Below the pieces are notes generated by a model. It was not told where the DNA came from. It did not search any database and was given only the letters and a program-made list of their open reading frames with translations. Both the position numbers and the translations under genes were made by a program. Shown one piece after another: positions 23,379-36,431 of a DNA stretch of 64,000 nucleotides. Every line of letters begins with the position of its first letter. Positions within the stretch are counted from its first letter, which is position 1. The stretch comes from Plasmodiophora brassicae (Eukaryota). Where the stretch lies: contig CP145412.1 in the NCBI GenBank assembly GCA_036867785.1, positions 558,001 to 622,000 on the forward strand. The letters run 5' to 3'.

Positions 23379-24305
23379 ATGTCGGGACTCGTGGGTGCAG
23401 TCGACAGTATGGCGTCGGCGCCGAGCGCGACAGCCACGCGCAGTCCGTCCAGTGCTGGCGAGGTCGAGATGGACGTCGACCACGAGCCCGTCCAGGCTCA
23501 CATGAGCATGACCGAGGTGCTGCGTCGTCCCATGCCGGTGTCTGCGACGACGACGACGACGGCGGAGGCGGAGGCGGAGGCGGCGCCGGGTGGTGAGCCC
23601 TCCGTCCAGACCGAGGAGGAGCGCCCTGGGTTCATCCAGGACGGACTTCCTGATGGCCTCGATTTCGGATCATTGATATTCTTCAAGCTGAAGGGGCAGG
23701 CGTATTGGCCAGGACGGGTGATTCCTTCCCCGACCTGTGTGTTCTAAGCTTGCTCTCTAACCGTACGTCGTTTCAGATTTCTGGGAAGCATATCGCCTCG
23801 CCGGACATTGTCGCTACGTTCACTGGCCGCGGCATCCTTGTGTTCAGCTTCGGGAACCACGACTACGAAATGGTGCAGAAGTATGCGTACAACGTGTATT
23901 CCGTCGGCGCTGACAAGGCCATTGAACAACCCGGGTGTAGGGACGCCATCATGCCGTACCAAGAGTACCTGGACAAATGCCAGAGGCCTAAGCGCACGTG
24001 GAGTAAAGCGTTCCGCCATGCAATGAGGGAAGCGCAGATGATCGAAAGTGGCGAGCTCGTTATCGACGAATCGACACTAATTCTGGTCGGTATTTGTGAT
24101 GGCGTTGACGAATGCTGACTGACAGGAATCGGCGCTGTAGGACGACACAGAACCACAGACCGGCAAGCGCAGTCGTTCGTCCCTGAGCGCGCTGGATAAC
24201 GAAGAAACGGTTCGCTTGCGGAAGTCGCTGTTCAGAAGAAAGATCCTGCGATCACTTGGGCTGTTTCCACCCGAGGTCCTTATGACAGATTATGGGATGG
24301 CCTGA
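23379..24305 (+). CDS. PWWP-domain protein (multi-exon)
   Basis: FGSLIFFKLKGQAYWPGR...ILVFSFGNHDY...AFRHAMREA; ends RKILRSLGLFPPE...MA*. Confidence 0.8.
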
Positions 24306-24363
24306 TGGTGTCGCTAAATATCGTCGCTTGGTTACTACTGCCATTGCTATCATCGCCTGACAT

Positions 24364-25995
24364 TTATTGACCGTCGTCAATATCAACAATGTCGTCAATG
24401 TCGCACGTGAGGTCGATGTCAACGCGGGGTTCTGCCATTTGATGGTTGACGTATTTGACGAACCTCATTGTGCCGGGTTCGGCCCGCAGAACGACCGTTA
24501 ATGCGTTACGGGCAGGGCTGATCACAGCAAGCGGCTCTTCAGCTTCCTCGTCGACGTAAATCACCGCACCCGACTCGTTCTCTTCGTCACCTTGCGAAAG
24601 GCAAAGGCAGACGTCCAACGAGATGCGCTGAGCGTCCGGATCGTTGTCGAACGCCAACGAGTAATGGCCAGCCGCGAACCGGCGAATAATTGATGACGTG
24701 CTGGTAATGTGGACAGCATTGCCCGTCAGGACCTGCAGCAGCTTGATCATCGCTGGGCTTTGCATCATGGCGCGCGTCTCGGTCAGAGCATTAGACGTCG
24801 GGTAGCTTGAAAACGCCTACGAGCCTACATCAGATACGTGTACATGGGCAGCGGCGGGCAAACAGCAGTGCCGACCTCGAAACATCGCTCGTTGTACGGT
24901 CCGACAGTGACCCATTGGTCTTTGCTCACTGCGGGCAGATCACGAAGAATGGCATCCAAACGCTGGCTGCTCAGGAATCCGGACAGCTCGATCTACAAAT
25001 GTCTATTGGTTGATACCATGAAGAATGCAAACGCCACAGGTCACATACCATCGACTCATCTTCGAACTGCTTTGCAACTTGGTGCTGGGTCTTGGAAGTC
25101 AGATACGGTTTCGCAATGAATCCAGATAGATACGACAGGTCGGCGTCTGTTAACTTGGAGCCCAATGGGACGTCGCAGGCGATGCTGTCGATACAGCTGG
25201 ACAAGACCGGGTTCGGAGCCGGTGCTGGGCAACGCTCTGGACGCTTGACCGGTGCACCGTGGAACCACCCGCCAATGGACAGGCGATGCTTGTTGTCGGA
25301 AAGCACTTCAGCAACCTGGTGGAAAGAAACCTGGGACACCTCGAAGAAGACGAAGGAGTTTCGACAAGGCGTGATGCGTTTGTCAATTCGATCAGGTTTG
25401 CCGTTGGCATTGACAGTGAATAGATCCAGGGAGCCACCGTCCTCCTCGCTCCAATCTTGAGGGACAAGGTACATGATGAAGGCAACACGCCGACCTAGCA
25501 GTTCGTCATCGTGAGCAAGAAGAACGTCTGTTGACCTGTACAGAGACGACGTGACTGCCCAGTAACAGTGGGCATCAGATGCAGATCCAGGACGGGACAG
25601 TCACGGGCATACGGTCAATGTTATCGCTGAGCTCGATGCCAGTCACGGCGGTGAGAGCAGCACGAAACTCGGGACTGTACAGCTCCTTGACGATTGCTTT
25701 AACGGCACGGCTGTCACATTGTGCCAAATCACCTGACTGGTGAAAAGAGAACAAGTCATTCGCCTTTTCATAGAAGGTCTCCTCCATGAGCTCCTCCTAA
25801 ACACGATTCGTTAGGTAATCGGACTACCAAGTGCACGACAGTCTGAGCAACCTGAATCTGGTCGAGCTTCTTCCCATCACGGACAAAGTCCTGGATGATC
25901 ATGTGTGGGAACGGTTTGCCATCGGCGAACTCGCGTCGCGACACATCGACTTGGTCGGACGTGGCCCAGTCCAACCGCAACAAGGATCCCTTCAT
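24364..25995 (-). CDS. OGFOD1: Prolyl 3-hydroxylase OGFOD1/Tpa1 (multi-exon)
   Basis: KPFPH, FYEKANDLFSFHQSGDL, LLAHDDELLGRRVAFIMYLVP..W..EDGGSLDLF, SFHQVAEV, RLSIGGWFH, MRFVKYVNH. Confidence 0.92.
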
Positions 25996-26335
25996 GCTTG
26001 CTTGAGCGCCACCGAGGATCCGCCACGGACTCCGCGGCGGAGTTCAGCCGTCGCTCCAGCAACCCCCTGTGCCAGTAGAATAGGTATCCCCAGGCCAAAG
26101 ACTCGTTTGGTGGGTATTCCACCGACGCCATGGATAAACGTGTGAAAGCATACTCATCGTATTGGAGGTCTAACGCAGAACGTTCCCGCACTCTACAAAG
26201 GGAAGTGGATCCTTTGCGGTCGGCTAAGTACGGTGGGCGGCATGGGGCCATGTCTGCACTCTGGATTGGCGTCAGAAAAATTAGGGGATCGCACATTTTT
26301 GTCGGCACCAGGGTACCGCCCAATCGGCTCGCTTA

Positions 26336-27060
26336 ATGGCGGCAAAGGCGGCAGGACTGGCGCTTCGTGCCGAGCTGATTGAGCTTTGGTTCGGGGATGT
26401 TCGGCGTGCAGGATATTCCGCGCAATCGCTTATGAAGGCGAGCTCGTTGTGGTTCGGCGTGGGGCAGTCGAAAGCGGAAACGGCTGCCTTCGACAAGGAG
26501 ATGGCGACCCGATTCGGTCCCAGTCTGGCAGATGCAGCCGCAGGGCTCCTGGACGGCCCAGTGTGGACGAAGGACCCCGAGGGCGTTCTTGCCTTTTGTA
26601 TTCTATGCGACCAACTGTCCAGGAACATTCACCGCGGCAAAGCGGACGCGTTCGCCCTGGATGCCAAAGTTGTCGAACGGGTGCGCTCGGCCATCAACGA
26701 GCGCTTGCACACCCGACTCCACGTTGTCGAGCGCGCTTTTGTATTCTTACCGTTAGAGCATTCGGAACAGATCGCCGATCATATGTTGGCCGAGCAATTG
26801 CTCAAGGAGGCCGATCAGACTCCCGATTTGCCCGATCACCTTCACACCTATATCGGCAATGTTGCCAAGTTTCTAGATAGTCACACCGAGGTTCGCCTCG
26901 TATATGTATTGCGGTACCTGCGGTGCTCTGGCGTTTCTTAGGTTCGTTACAGGTCATCAAGCGGTTCGGCCGATATCCGCATCGCAACCGAACACTTGGT
27001 CGGCAATCGACGCCGGATGAGCTCGAATACTTAAAGACGGCGAGCGGATGGGGACAGTAG
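26336..27060 (+). CDS. DUF924 family protein (2 exons)
   Basis: WF...FDKEM..RF, ILCDQLSRNIHRG..AFALD, FVFLPLEHSE, VIKRFGRYPHRNRTLGRQSTPDE. Confidence 0.9.
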
Positions 27061-27422
27061 GCACGTCTCCCCAGTAAACTATGTACTTCTTTGATGGAAC
27101 GCGGTGGCAATGCATGAATAGGACAGGCGGGCTCCATACCGTATATATATGGATTCGATCTCTCGCTGATTACGGTTGGGCGTGTTGGATCGACGGCCAG
27201 GCACATCTGTCGAGCGTCCATCAGAGAGGCGCTGATCTGCAACCGGGGAGGGACGCCCGCCTGGGGTTGTGATCATTACTGGCTTCGCCGACGTACAACG
27301 AAAGGTCCCCGTTATGTCACGGGCGTCACGGGCCGTGACTCATTGCTCGTCGACGTCGTCGACGACGTTGCCTGAAGATATCTGTCTGGATGGCATATTC
27401 GTTCCAGCCTCTTATAAGAGAG

Positions 27423-29506
27423 ATGGGCCTGCAGGACGCGTATTGTGTCGTTATTATTGTCGCGGCTGCCTGCTTGGCAGCGGTCAGCATGGCCAATGGA
27501 GACGGTGTACACCGCCAACGAAGGAACATTGAATCGATGACGGTCGATGAGCTGGGCGCGTACCGCGACGCCGTTCGCAGGGTGATGCCGTCCAGCAAAT
27601 TCCAGAGCCTTGTCGCCCAGTACTGCTCGCCAACGGCCGCTGGTAGGTCGTCCTGTCAACGTGGCACACCCGCGTTCCTGCCCTGGCAACGCGCTTTCCT
27701 CGCAGCCCTTGAACAGGTATAGGTCGCTTGTCGATGCTACCATGATATGACCTCATTCAGCGGTGGACCCACAGGCGCTGGGGTGCCCGATCCCCTACTG
27801 GAACGGGCGCAAGGCGACGATACCGGCGGCGTTCACCGACGAATCCTACAGGGATCGTCACGCGGGGAACCTCGTGGCGAACCCGCTCCATGGACCTGGG
27901 AAGCGGGTCCCGATGCCAGAAGGCGCCCCCATCGACCTATGTGAGAAGGAGAACCTGGCGCTGTATGGCTCGAACGACGTCGTCGACATGGGCGTCGCTC
28001 TCCAGGACATGCAATTCTCGGCAACGTACGCACCGTTGCCACGTGGTCGGTGGTGCCCGCACCCTGATGACGGTTGCCATGGACAGGAGCGGCGTCGCGT
28101 ATGGCGTCGCGCTGGATGCAGTGGCCCGCGACCCGCTGACCTGGAGCGTGATGATGAACACGGATCGTCGCTGGCTGCAATGGCAGCTCCTGCACGATAA
28201 CGCGCAGGACGACGACGTTTGCCAGCGCGTGGCGTCATTCACGATTGGCGACCAGCAGGTCCCCTGTTCTGATGTCGTCCGCAACTGGTCAGGGTGGACG
28301 GCGGGTCACGATGAAGCTGTCCGGAAGTGGACATCGGCGTTGCAACGCGTCGTTCAGCGTCGCGAGAGCGTGAACGGGACAATGGGGTTTCGCGCCCTGG
28401 AATTCGAGGCCGAGATCGCGTCGCCTGCGCTGGTCATGTCGCGCGCCAACCAGGACGTCAGCGGGCCGATCGCGGACAACATCCTGATCAGCGACGGCGT
28501 CACCGTGTTGCCACCGGATCCCAGGCTCACGATCCCGCCTGCGCCGCAACCCGACAACGCGACCCGGTCGCCGCCATCGAGGAACTCGTCGTTGGCGGTG
28601 CCGGCGTCGCAGCCCGTACCGGCGCCCAGATCAACGCCACAACCGACGATGCGTTTGACCAGCGATAACGGGGCCGCAGAGATGGTGTTGGCCGGGGAAG
28701 GTCTGTCGCCGTTGTTGCCGGGGTCACCCGAAGCGCGTCGAACGCTTCCGCCATTGGTGCCAGGTGGTCGCCTGACGTTGCCCGCAGCGTCCAACCAATC
28801 GCAGGACCCGACAGCGCCGCTGACGTTCGCACCCACGCCTCAGCCGACCCCGATGCCGTCGCTAAAGGTCCCGCACCTGCTCGTGTCCAGGACGTCGGCG
28901 ACGTTGAGCGGTGCCAAGACACCGTCGGCACTGGTGGTGGCGTTAGCACCGAATACGACCCTGAAGACGAACGAGTACACGATCACTAATGCGGCACCGA
29001 CACCGCGACCAACGCCTGCACCGACGCCTGCGCCGACGCCAGCACCGACGCCTGCACCGACGCCTGCACCAACGCCATCGCCGACGCCCGCGCGTCCTCC
29101 GAGTCCACCTGTGGCCGTCCTTCAGAGGCGGAACACGTCTGTCCTGGAGCCGTTGTTCCCAACATCGGACTCGCAGCCAGGTCCCGTTACGGATCGGCTG
29201 ATACTGACGATTCATGCACTGGAGTCCACCGTTGACTCGTGTATCCTGGAGACGGTCTACAACAACAGAGTTGTCGGTCGGACCGCCATGCCAGGGACGG
29301 GGCGCTGCCCTGCCTTCGCCATGGACCGCCACGTCGACCTGACCCGGGCGTGGTACAAACTCGGCATGGATCGTCAGGAACGCGACCGCTCAATGGCGGA
29401 CCTCGCGGGCGCCCTCCAGTTCCGATTAACCTGCACCATCAGCGGCGCGGACGTCCCGTGCCCCATTGGCGGCCTTAACAAGACGCTCAAGTGGATGTGC
29501 TTCTAG
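27423..29506 (+). CDS. Secreted tyrosinase-like pseudoenzyme with a Pro/Thr-rich linker
   Basis: Signal peptide; RRNIESMT..EL..YR.A, GTPAFLPWQRAFL..LEQAL, IPYW, NPL, ARDP...NTDRRW..WQ. Copper His positions are substituted. Tyrosinase C-terminal-like domain follows. Confidence 0.8.
28990..29092 (+). repeat. 12-bp coding tandem repeat encoding (PTPA)n
   Basis: ccgacgcctgca-like units encoding APTPRPTPAPTPAPTPAPTPAPTPAPTPSPTPA. Confidence 0.9.
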
Positions 29507-29718
29507 AGCCCCCGCCATTGATAAAATCCGAATTCCTGCCTCGTTAACAGGTTTCAGGAGGGTATGAATACTCTTCGGGAGCCAGTTGCCGCTGCTTCCC
29601 GAACGCCCAAAAGAGGGCCAACGTTTAGGTGCGATTTTGGCAGCGCAGGATTCTGGATGTCCAATTGGGCCGTGATGTTTTTTGGGGGACAATTGTTTGA
29701 AGGCGGGCGGGGGTCGAC

Positions 29719-30478
29719 ATGGGTGACATCGTCCTCGGATTGGTGGGCGCCGACTACGTGCTGCTCGCGGCCGACTGCTCAGTGGCCAGGTCGATTGTCA
29801 GGTATCAGGATACGGAGGACAAGGTATGCTGGGGGGGCGCTCGGCCGTCGTGGCTCCATGCGGGCGCCTGACGTGGCGATCGTGCGCAGATCTACCCGCT
29901 GGGCGACAGCTCGGCTGCGACCAGACAGATCATGGCCTGCGCGGGACCGACCAGCGATAGGACGAACTTCTGCGAATACGTTCAGCGTAATGTCCAGCTC
30001 TACACGCTGCAGGCTGGCACGCCGCTGACGACTAAGGCGGTCGCCAATTTCGCCCGGTAAGGTTGACATTGCGTCGTCGTGGTCAATCTCCGTTGCAAAT
30101 GTTCCACAATTCGACATCCGATATTCGTGGGCTGACCGTACGTAATGCAGCAACGAGTTGGCGGTTGCTCTGCGAAAGGGCCCATTCCAGACGAATATCC
30201 TGCTGGGCGGCTATGACGACAACAAGGGCCCGTCCCTGTACTTCATGGACTACATGGCATCGTTGCACGCGGTCGACAAGGGCGCGCACGGGTACGGCGG
30301 GTACTTCACGCTCGGCCTCCTGGATCGGGAGTACAAGAAGAACATGACGCTCGACGAGGGCATCAAGCTTCTCAAGCAGTGCATCGCCGAACTCGACGCG
30401 CGGTTCCTGCTAAACATGCCGCGTTTCATCGGCAAGGTCGTCGACAAGACCGGCGTCCGCACTGTCAGCCTGGAATGA
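29719..30478 (+). CDS. PSMB2: 20S proteasome subunit beta type-2 (beta-4/Pre1), 3 exons
   Basis: MGDIVLGLVGADYVLLAAD..VARSI, FCEYVQRNVQLY, ALRKGPFQTNILLGGYD..GPSLYFMDY, AHGYGGYFTLGLLDR. Confidence 0.95.
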
Positions 30479-30730
30479 GCGCTCTCACCAACCATATAAG
30501 CACGCCGTCTCTCTGACTGGAACCCCGTTCGTCCGCGCCACTCGCCTGCCCCTGCCTGGGCAACGTGTAGACTAGTCGCCGCCTGTACGGGTGCACGCCC
30601 ATCGTGTTCTGTAGAGTCGCAGCGCCCGCCGGTGTCGCCATAACCGTCGAGGTGCGGCCAGCGCGGTCTCCGAGGATCGTTGGCAGTAGGGTCGATGCTG
30701 TGGGCGAAGCGGTCGGACCGGTGCGGATCA

Positions 30731-31828
30731 ATGTCGTCGTTGCTGAACGTCGCGTGTTGCAGGTCTGTACCTGTGGACGACGTTGCCGCTGACGTCGTCG
30801 ATGCCGGCGACGCGGCGATCCAGGCGGACCGTCCTGTCGTCGTGGACGGGCTGGCAAGCCGTGCGAGCGACTGGACCGTGGCCAAGCTGCTGGATGCCAT
30901 CGGGGACGTCCAGGTTCGGAACGTGTTCCTATCGGAGCAGTCGGCCCGGTTCCTGTATTTCAAGGCCGACCGTGCCGGTGACACATCGCCGCACCTGCAG
31001 CGAGCCCCACCGATGCGTTTCAGGTCGGCGGGCAGGCCCAGGTCGTCGCACCTGTGCCTGCCACACTGACCTGCGCTCCAGGGAATTCGTGGAGCGAAGC
31101 CAGGCGGCGTGTTCCACCGGGCGGCACTATTACCTGTACGGCGAGCCGTTGCCGTCTGCATTGTGGCGTTCATTGCCCGACATGGAGCGCGTACTGGGCA
31201 GCACCGCCCAACTGACGTCATCGCTGCTCTGGATGGCGGTAGACGCGACATGTTCGCCGCTGCATTACGACATGTGCCATGGGCTCCTGTTGCAGATGGC
31301 CGGGCAGAAGAGGTTCATCATGTTCCCTCCCGACGGTATCCCGGACGCGTACATGCATCCCGTTGGCCATGCTCGTATGGGCTTGGGCTTGGTTTCGAAC
31401 GGTCCGCTGTCCTCAATGTGGCTGCCTTTCAGATGATCGCCAGTCGCAGATCAACGATATCTGCCATCCTGACCTGGCCGCGTTTCCTGCATTCGCGGGG
31501 CTGCGAGGCACCCAAGGCGTCATCGAACCTGGGCAGGCCCTCGTGATCCCGTACGGATGGTAACCGCCCGAGCAGCGTCATGCTTCCTGCTCAATCTCCT
31601 CATACGCGTAACAGGATGCATCAGATCGAAGCAGGCCCTGGCCTATCGATCTCCGTCTCGTTCCGGTGGAACCCATACGAGGGCCTGCTCCGCCAGGTTA
31701 GCACCAGCGTCCAGGCCGCTCGCACGTGCGGCCTGCCACCGGCCGCCTGCGCTGGCATCGCTGGCAACCTGCTCCACGATGCACCCAGCGCCGTCCGTGA
31801 CATTTATCGTCGCAGAATGCAATGGTGA
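30731..31828 (+). CDS. JmjC/cupin-8 2-oxoglutarate oxygenase (multi-exon)
   Basis: RPVVVDG...WT, LWM..SPLHYDMCHGLLLQMAGQKRF.MFPP, IEPGQALVIPYGW|MHQIE, SISVSF (HxD..H triad). Confidence 0.88.
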
Positions 31829-31993
31829 TGGCAATTATCGCCTGTTTCGCATTGCATCAGGGTCCCCGCAACCCCCCTCGTCCATAGATAGTGTGTTGTG
31901 TGACGGTCACGCCGTCGGGGAGGGTAGGCCCGCCGTGCTTAGACGTACCGAACGTATAATCGGATAGACGACCCCTGGGTCGCCCGTGCTGTT

Positions 31994-33004
31994 ATGAAGA
32001 AGAGCGGTGCGACCGCCAAGGACAAGGCAGCGGCGGCGGCGGCAGCGGCTGCGCCCGCTGAACCGCCTCCGCCTCGAGAACCGACCTTCTTCGTACGACG
32101 GAAGTTTCAACGTTGACCCATGCGGTATTGATTTGCACGACAGGAGAAGCTCGACAGTGTCGTATGGAAGAGCGCGGATCGAGGCGAGCAGTTCAGGTAG
32201 GTCTGGAGATGCGTCCAGCGGTGCTGGCGCACGTGTGACGACATCGCGACAGGGCGTTTGTCAAGATGATGGATCTGTATTATGGCGGTGTCTGCCGGCA
32301 GACGATCATCGCCGAGGAATTGTTCCTTCTGGCCGTACACTGCCATGGTCGTGGCCTGACCGGGGAACGGCTCGGCCTGGCGTTCAGCGCTGTGAAAAGC
32401 GTGTTCGACGGGCTCGAGCAACACGCGTTCCAGACCGAGACGGACGCGTTCAACTTGCTGCGATCGCGCATCATGCAGTGCACAAAGTCACCAGAGGCGG
32501 CGAATGTAGACGAGAGGCCACCGGGCGCGCCCGACGATGGCCCTCCGCCGCCGGAGCCGCCCCCAAAGCTTACCGTCGCCGAGTCCTGCGACCTGATCGA
32601 TTACGCCGCGCAGACGTAGGTCGCACGTTGATCGTGTCGACTCGCTCCCGTTCTCATTCGGTTCCAGTCTGTTCGCAGAGTTCGACCTGTTCGCCGCCAT
32701 ATTTGATTATCCCATGGAGCACGATCTTGTTCGTGTCACGACGCACGTGCCATCGGCGCTCCCAACGCACGCGCCGCTTTCGGACGCGACGTACGAGCCC
32801 TTGGCCATGCCGGCGCAGACAGAAGGGGCGGACGTCAATGAAGCCAGGCGGAAGATCATCGAGCGTATTGCCGATATGGAGATCAGCAAAGCGGAGGGCG
32901 AAGTCGCCAAGACGTTGGCCAGGCACAAGACGGACCTCGATGCGAAGACAGAGGCCCTACGGGCGCATCTCGTCTCGGAAGGGTCCTCACATGAACTGCC
33001 CTAA
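31994..33004 (+). CDS. CLAMP-domain flagellar protein (CFAP119/CCDC189-like)
   Basis: IIAEELF..AVHC...RLGLAFSAVKSVF...DAFNLLRSRIMQ...LTVAESCDLIDYAAQT|FDLFAAIF; coiled-coil C-terminus. Confidence 0.55.
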
Positions 33005-33051
33005 AGGCAAATATATTGCAGGACACGTCCAACAACTGCATAACCGTTTTG

Positions 33052-34298
33052 TCAGGCAGAGCGATCCTTCAGCTTGGCTTTGATCACGTTTTCAAGCTTG
33101 ACGGTATCGGCCGCGAATGAGCGTATGCCCTGGGCAAGCTTTTCTGTAGCCATTGCGTCCTCTGCAATGTTGATTACCCATTCCTGGCCGAGCGATACGT
33201 TGCGGACAGAGCCACTGTACCGTTCATCTGGAAGCGGAACACGCTCTCGTCGATGTGGAGCCGGGTGATGTTCGCAGCAGATGCGTGGGCAACATCCAGT
33301 TGTCGCACGACTTGCCCCGTCGATTTCGACAATTCGTCCAGGAACTGCGGCCCGATGGTCAGCTTGTCGCACCCGGCAAGCTCCAGGATTTCGCCCTTGT
33401 TACGGAAACTGGCGCCCATCACGATTGTACGGTACCCGAATTTCTTGTAGTACTAGATGGAATTGGTGACCGCACTTAGCTAAAACCCATCACTGGCAGT
33501 TCCACAGCGCGATACCGTCCAAATCTGCTTTACAGACAGTACGCCAGGGTCCTCATGTGCTGCAATGTCTTTCACTCCACGACTGGCCTTGTGCCAGTCC
33601 AGAATACGTCCCACAAACGGCGATATAAGCGTAGCACCCGCTTCTGCTGCAGCAACCTGTAACCCGCAACTTGGTTAGATATCAGGCGATGCATGCCGAG
33701 GACGGCAACGTACGGCTTGGTAAATGGAGAACAGCAGCGTCATGTTGCAGTGAATGCCTTCGCTTTCGAGGATTTTCGCGGCTTGAATGCCTTCCCATGT
33801 GCTCGCGATCTTGATCAGAACGCGGCTCTTGTCAACGCCGGCCGCCGCGTACAGCGCAATCAGGTCGCGTGCTTTCGCCACCGTTGCCTTCGTGTCGAAC
33901 GACAGGCGAGCATCCACCTCCGTCGACACAACCCCAGGCACGATATTCAGGATCTACACGAGCAGCTAACTATACAGGAGCCCGGTATAGTCATTCTCAG
34001 ATGGAGGCCATACCTCGACGCCGAAATTGACGGCAAGCTTGTCGAGCGTCTTGTTGATATCACCGTGACCGAACTTGATCGCATCGTCGACCAGTGCGCT
34101 GTATTCAGGCATGGACGCCGCCGCAAGCAGCAAGCTCGGGTTCGCTGCACACCGCATCAGCCCGCACGCCCGACCGCCGCACCAGCAACCGAACCCACTC
34201 GTGGCATCCGTCGGCTTGAACAGCTTGATCGCATTGATGTCGCCGGTGTCGGCGACGACGACCGTCCCGGTGGCGATCAGGCCGTCCAGCTCCGTCAT
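33052..34298 (-). CDS. TAL1: Transaldolase (multi-exon)
   Basis: [82 protein letters not shown]. Confidence 0.97.
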
Positions 34299-34439
34299 GC
34301 CGGCCGATGATTGCTTTGACAACTGAGTGGCGGCTGCCTGCAGCTCCCAGTCACGGCACACACGGGCAACGGACCCAAAAACGTCGCTGGGGCAACTTTC
34401 TCGAAGACGACGCCGCTTTTTCTGGACCATTCCAGCGGT

Positions 34440-34850
34440 TTATGATGTCGCCGACTCGACGATATCGTCCGAGACGAGGCATATTCGCAGTGCGCGCTGG
34501 ATGTCCAGCGCGACGCGAAAGTACTCGGCGAGCGCCTCCCGACGTAGGTTCATGATTGCTTTCTTCACCGGCTTCGTGCTGGATGACGACTGCAGTGACC
34601 TGACGAGGCCGTTGACTGTTTTTCGCTCGGGGCCGGCTTCGTTCAACGCTCGGATCAAGAACGCGGCCGTGCGGGCCGCGATGTCGAATCGCTGCTCCAC
34701 GGTCTCCCCATCGGACAGCTCCCGACGGAACTCGTACCGTGCCACCCGGGTCACATACTTCCTCACACTGGAACGATGCCGTTGCATTCGTCGGGCGGTC
34801 ACCAGGATGCGCCTGTAGACATGCAGGACCGCCTGCGTACCGACCGTCAT
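34440..34850 (-). CDS. LYR-motif-like small protein
   Basis: VLHVYRRILVTARRM...RKYVTRVARYEFR resembles the Complex1_LYR pattern. Confidence 0.5.
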   Translation of the reverse strand: MTVGTQAVLHVYRRILVTARRMQRHRSSVRKYVTRVARYEFRRELSDGETVEQRFDIAARTAAFLIRALNEAGPERKTVNGLVRSLQSSSSTKPVKKAIMNLRREALAEYFRVALDIQRALRICLVSDDIVESATS

Positions 34851-35004
34851 TGCAGCTCGGAGTGCGCCATGCGAGCTGCAGGCCTGCAGCTCCACTGCGA
34901 CGTGCACGCCAGGAATAGTCCGTTCCAGACAGCAACACAGTTCCGGTGCGGCACGCGCCTTACCATGACACTTTCACTACTCAGCACGCCGCCGTCACTC
35001 GTCA

Positions 35005-36397
35005 ATGTCATCAGTCGCCATTGGGAGCGCTACGACGTTGCTCGAGGAGGCTCACGCCGGCAATGACGACACGGCTCTGCTCGGCAATGCCCTGATTGAA
35101 GCGTCCTGCTGCGGGCGGTTCGACGTGGTAAGACGCCTACTAGCGCACCCGTTGGTGGACGTCCGTGCGTCTTGGTTTGGTCCATCGCCGCCGTTCTGGA
35201 ACGCCGATTCGCATCCGTCGGCACTACGAGGCGCCGCTCTCGGCGGGCACTGCCAGTGTGTTGACCTGCTGCTTCAGCACCCGAACGCGGACCCGACCGC
35301 ATTCGACAACGAAGCCATTCGGTTCGCCTGCGAGAACGGTCACGCTGGCATCGTTGAATTGCTGCTCGCCATTCCCGACGTCCGCGACACAGTGAACCCG
35401 AACCATTTGCTGTCACTGGCGTGCCGAGGCTCGCACAGCGACGTCATTCGTGTTCTGCTCGATCAGGTCGACATCGACCTGGGCGCTGATGGCTTCCTCG
35501 CGCTCCTTCATGTCTGCGAACGCGGCAACGATCGAGTTGCTCGGCAGCTGCTGGCACGCTGCAAAGGTTCAGTCGATACGTCCAATACGATCACGTTGCC
35601 GCTGACCCAGATGATGCAGGCGACCCTCGACTTGGTGAAGCCCTGCTTCAGGGCATCCCCATGGTTGCCAAATCGGGCAACGTCAGGTAAATGGCCTGCT
35701 CTTGCGCCTCCCAATTCCCCTGCCGACCGAATGCTCAACTAGGTTGATGGGTCTGCTAATGGACTACGTGGACATGTCGGAAGTGGGCAATATCGCTCTG
35801 ATTGAGGCCTGCAAGGCGCAGACCAACACACCCATGGTGCGAGTGTCTCTCAGCCACACACGCAAATCATGGCTGACGTCGAGTTAGGTTCGGTTCCTGT
35901 TGGGGCTGCCAACCGTCAACGTGAGTGCGTTCGGCCACTCGGCGCTAAGAACGGCGTCGACGTTAGGCCATCGCGATATTGTTCGCTGCCTGTTGCGTTA
36001 CGCGCCGGTGTCCTCCAGTGGCGCCGCTGACGAATCGATCTTGATCGAAACGCTGGCGTTCGAGAAATACGCCACCGCTCGGGATCTGCTTTGGTGTGGA
36101 GGTTGGGTGGCCGAAGGGCGAATGCCAAGTCTAATCGCGACACTGGATGCCAGTTCGGCCTCTAGTGCCGGACGTCGTGCTAGGAGGTCGCTCCGTTCAG
36201 CGGTCGCCCTGCTTCGCAGGCAGCGCGAGCACGTCACGCGCGTAACGATGCTGCTGAACAGCCTGCCTCTGCCAGGGGAAATCCTCGAATTCATTGCCGT
36301 GCTAGCGTACGGCGACCTGCTAAACGGGCCTTCCACAGCCAGCAAGCTGAAGGATGCCGCCCGACTACGCCGACTCGCGAGGCCCCGTAGTAAGTGA
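35005..36397 (+). CDS. Ankyrin-repeat protein (multi-exon)
   Basis: ALIEASCCGRFDVVRRLL, ALRGAALGGHCQCVDLLL, ADPTAFDNEAIRFACENGHAGIVELLL, SALRTASTLGHRDIVRCLL. Confidence 0.9.
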
Positions 36398-36431
36398 CAT
36401 GGTAAACCGGGGGACAACGCTGTGCCTGTAT

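Noticed and set aside
28990-29092. Regular repeats resembling a CRISPR array
   Set aside because: No spacers; this is an in-frame PTPA coding repeat in a eukaryotic gene.
23379-31828. Apparent chromatin cluster (PHD, PWWP, JmjC genes in one window)
   Set aside because: The genes are separated by unrelated housekeeping genes, and the JmjC is of the small hydroxylase type. No evidence of a functional cluster.
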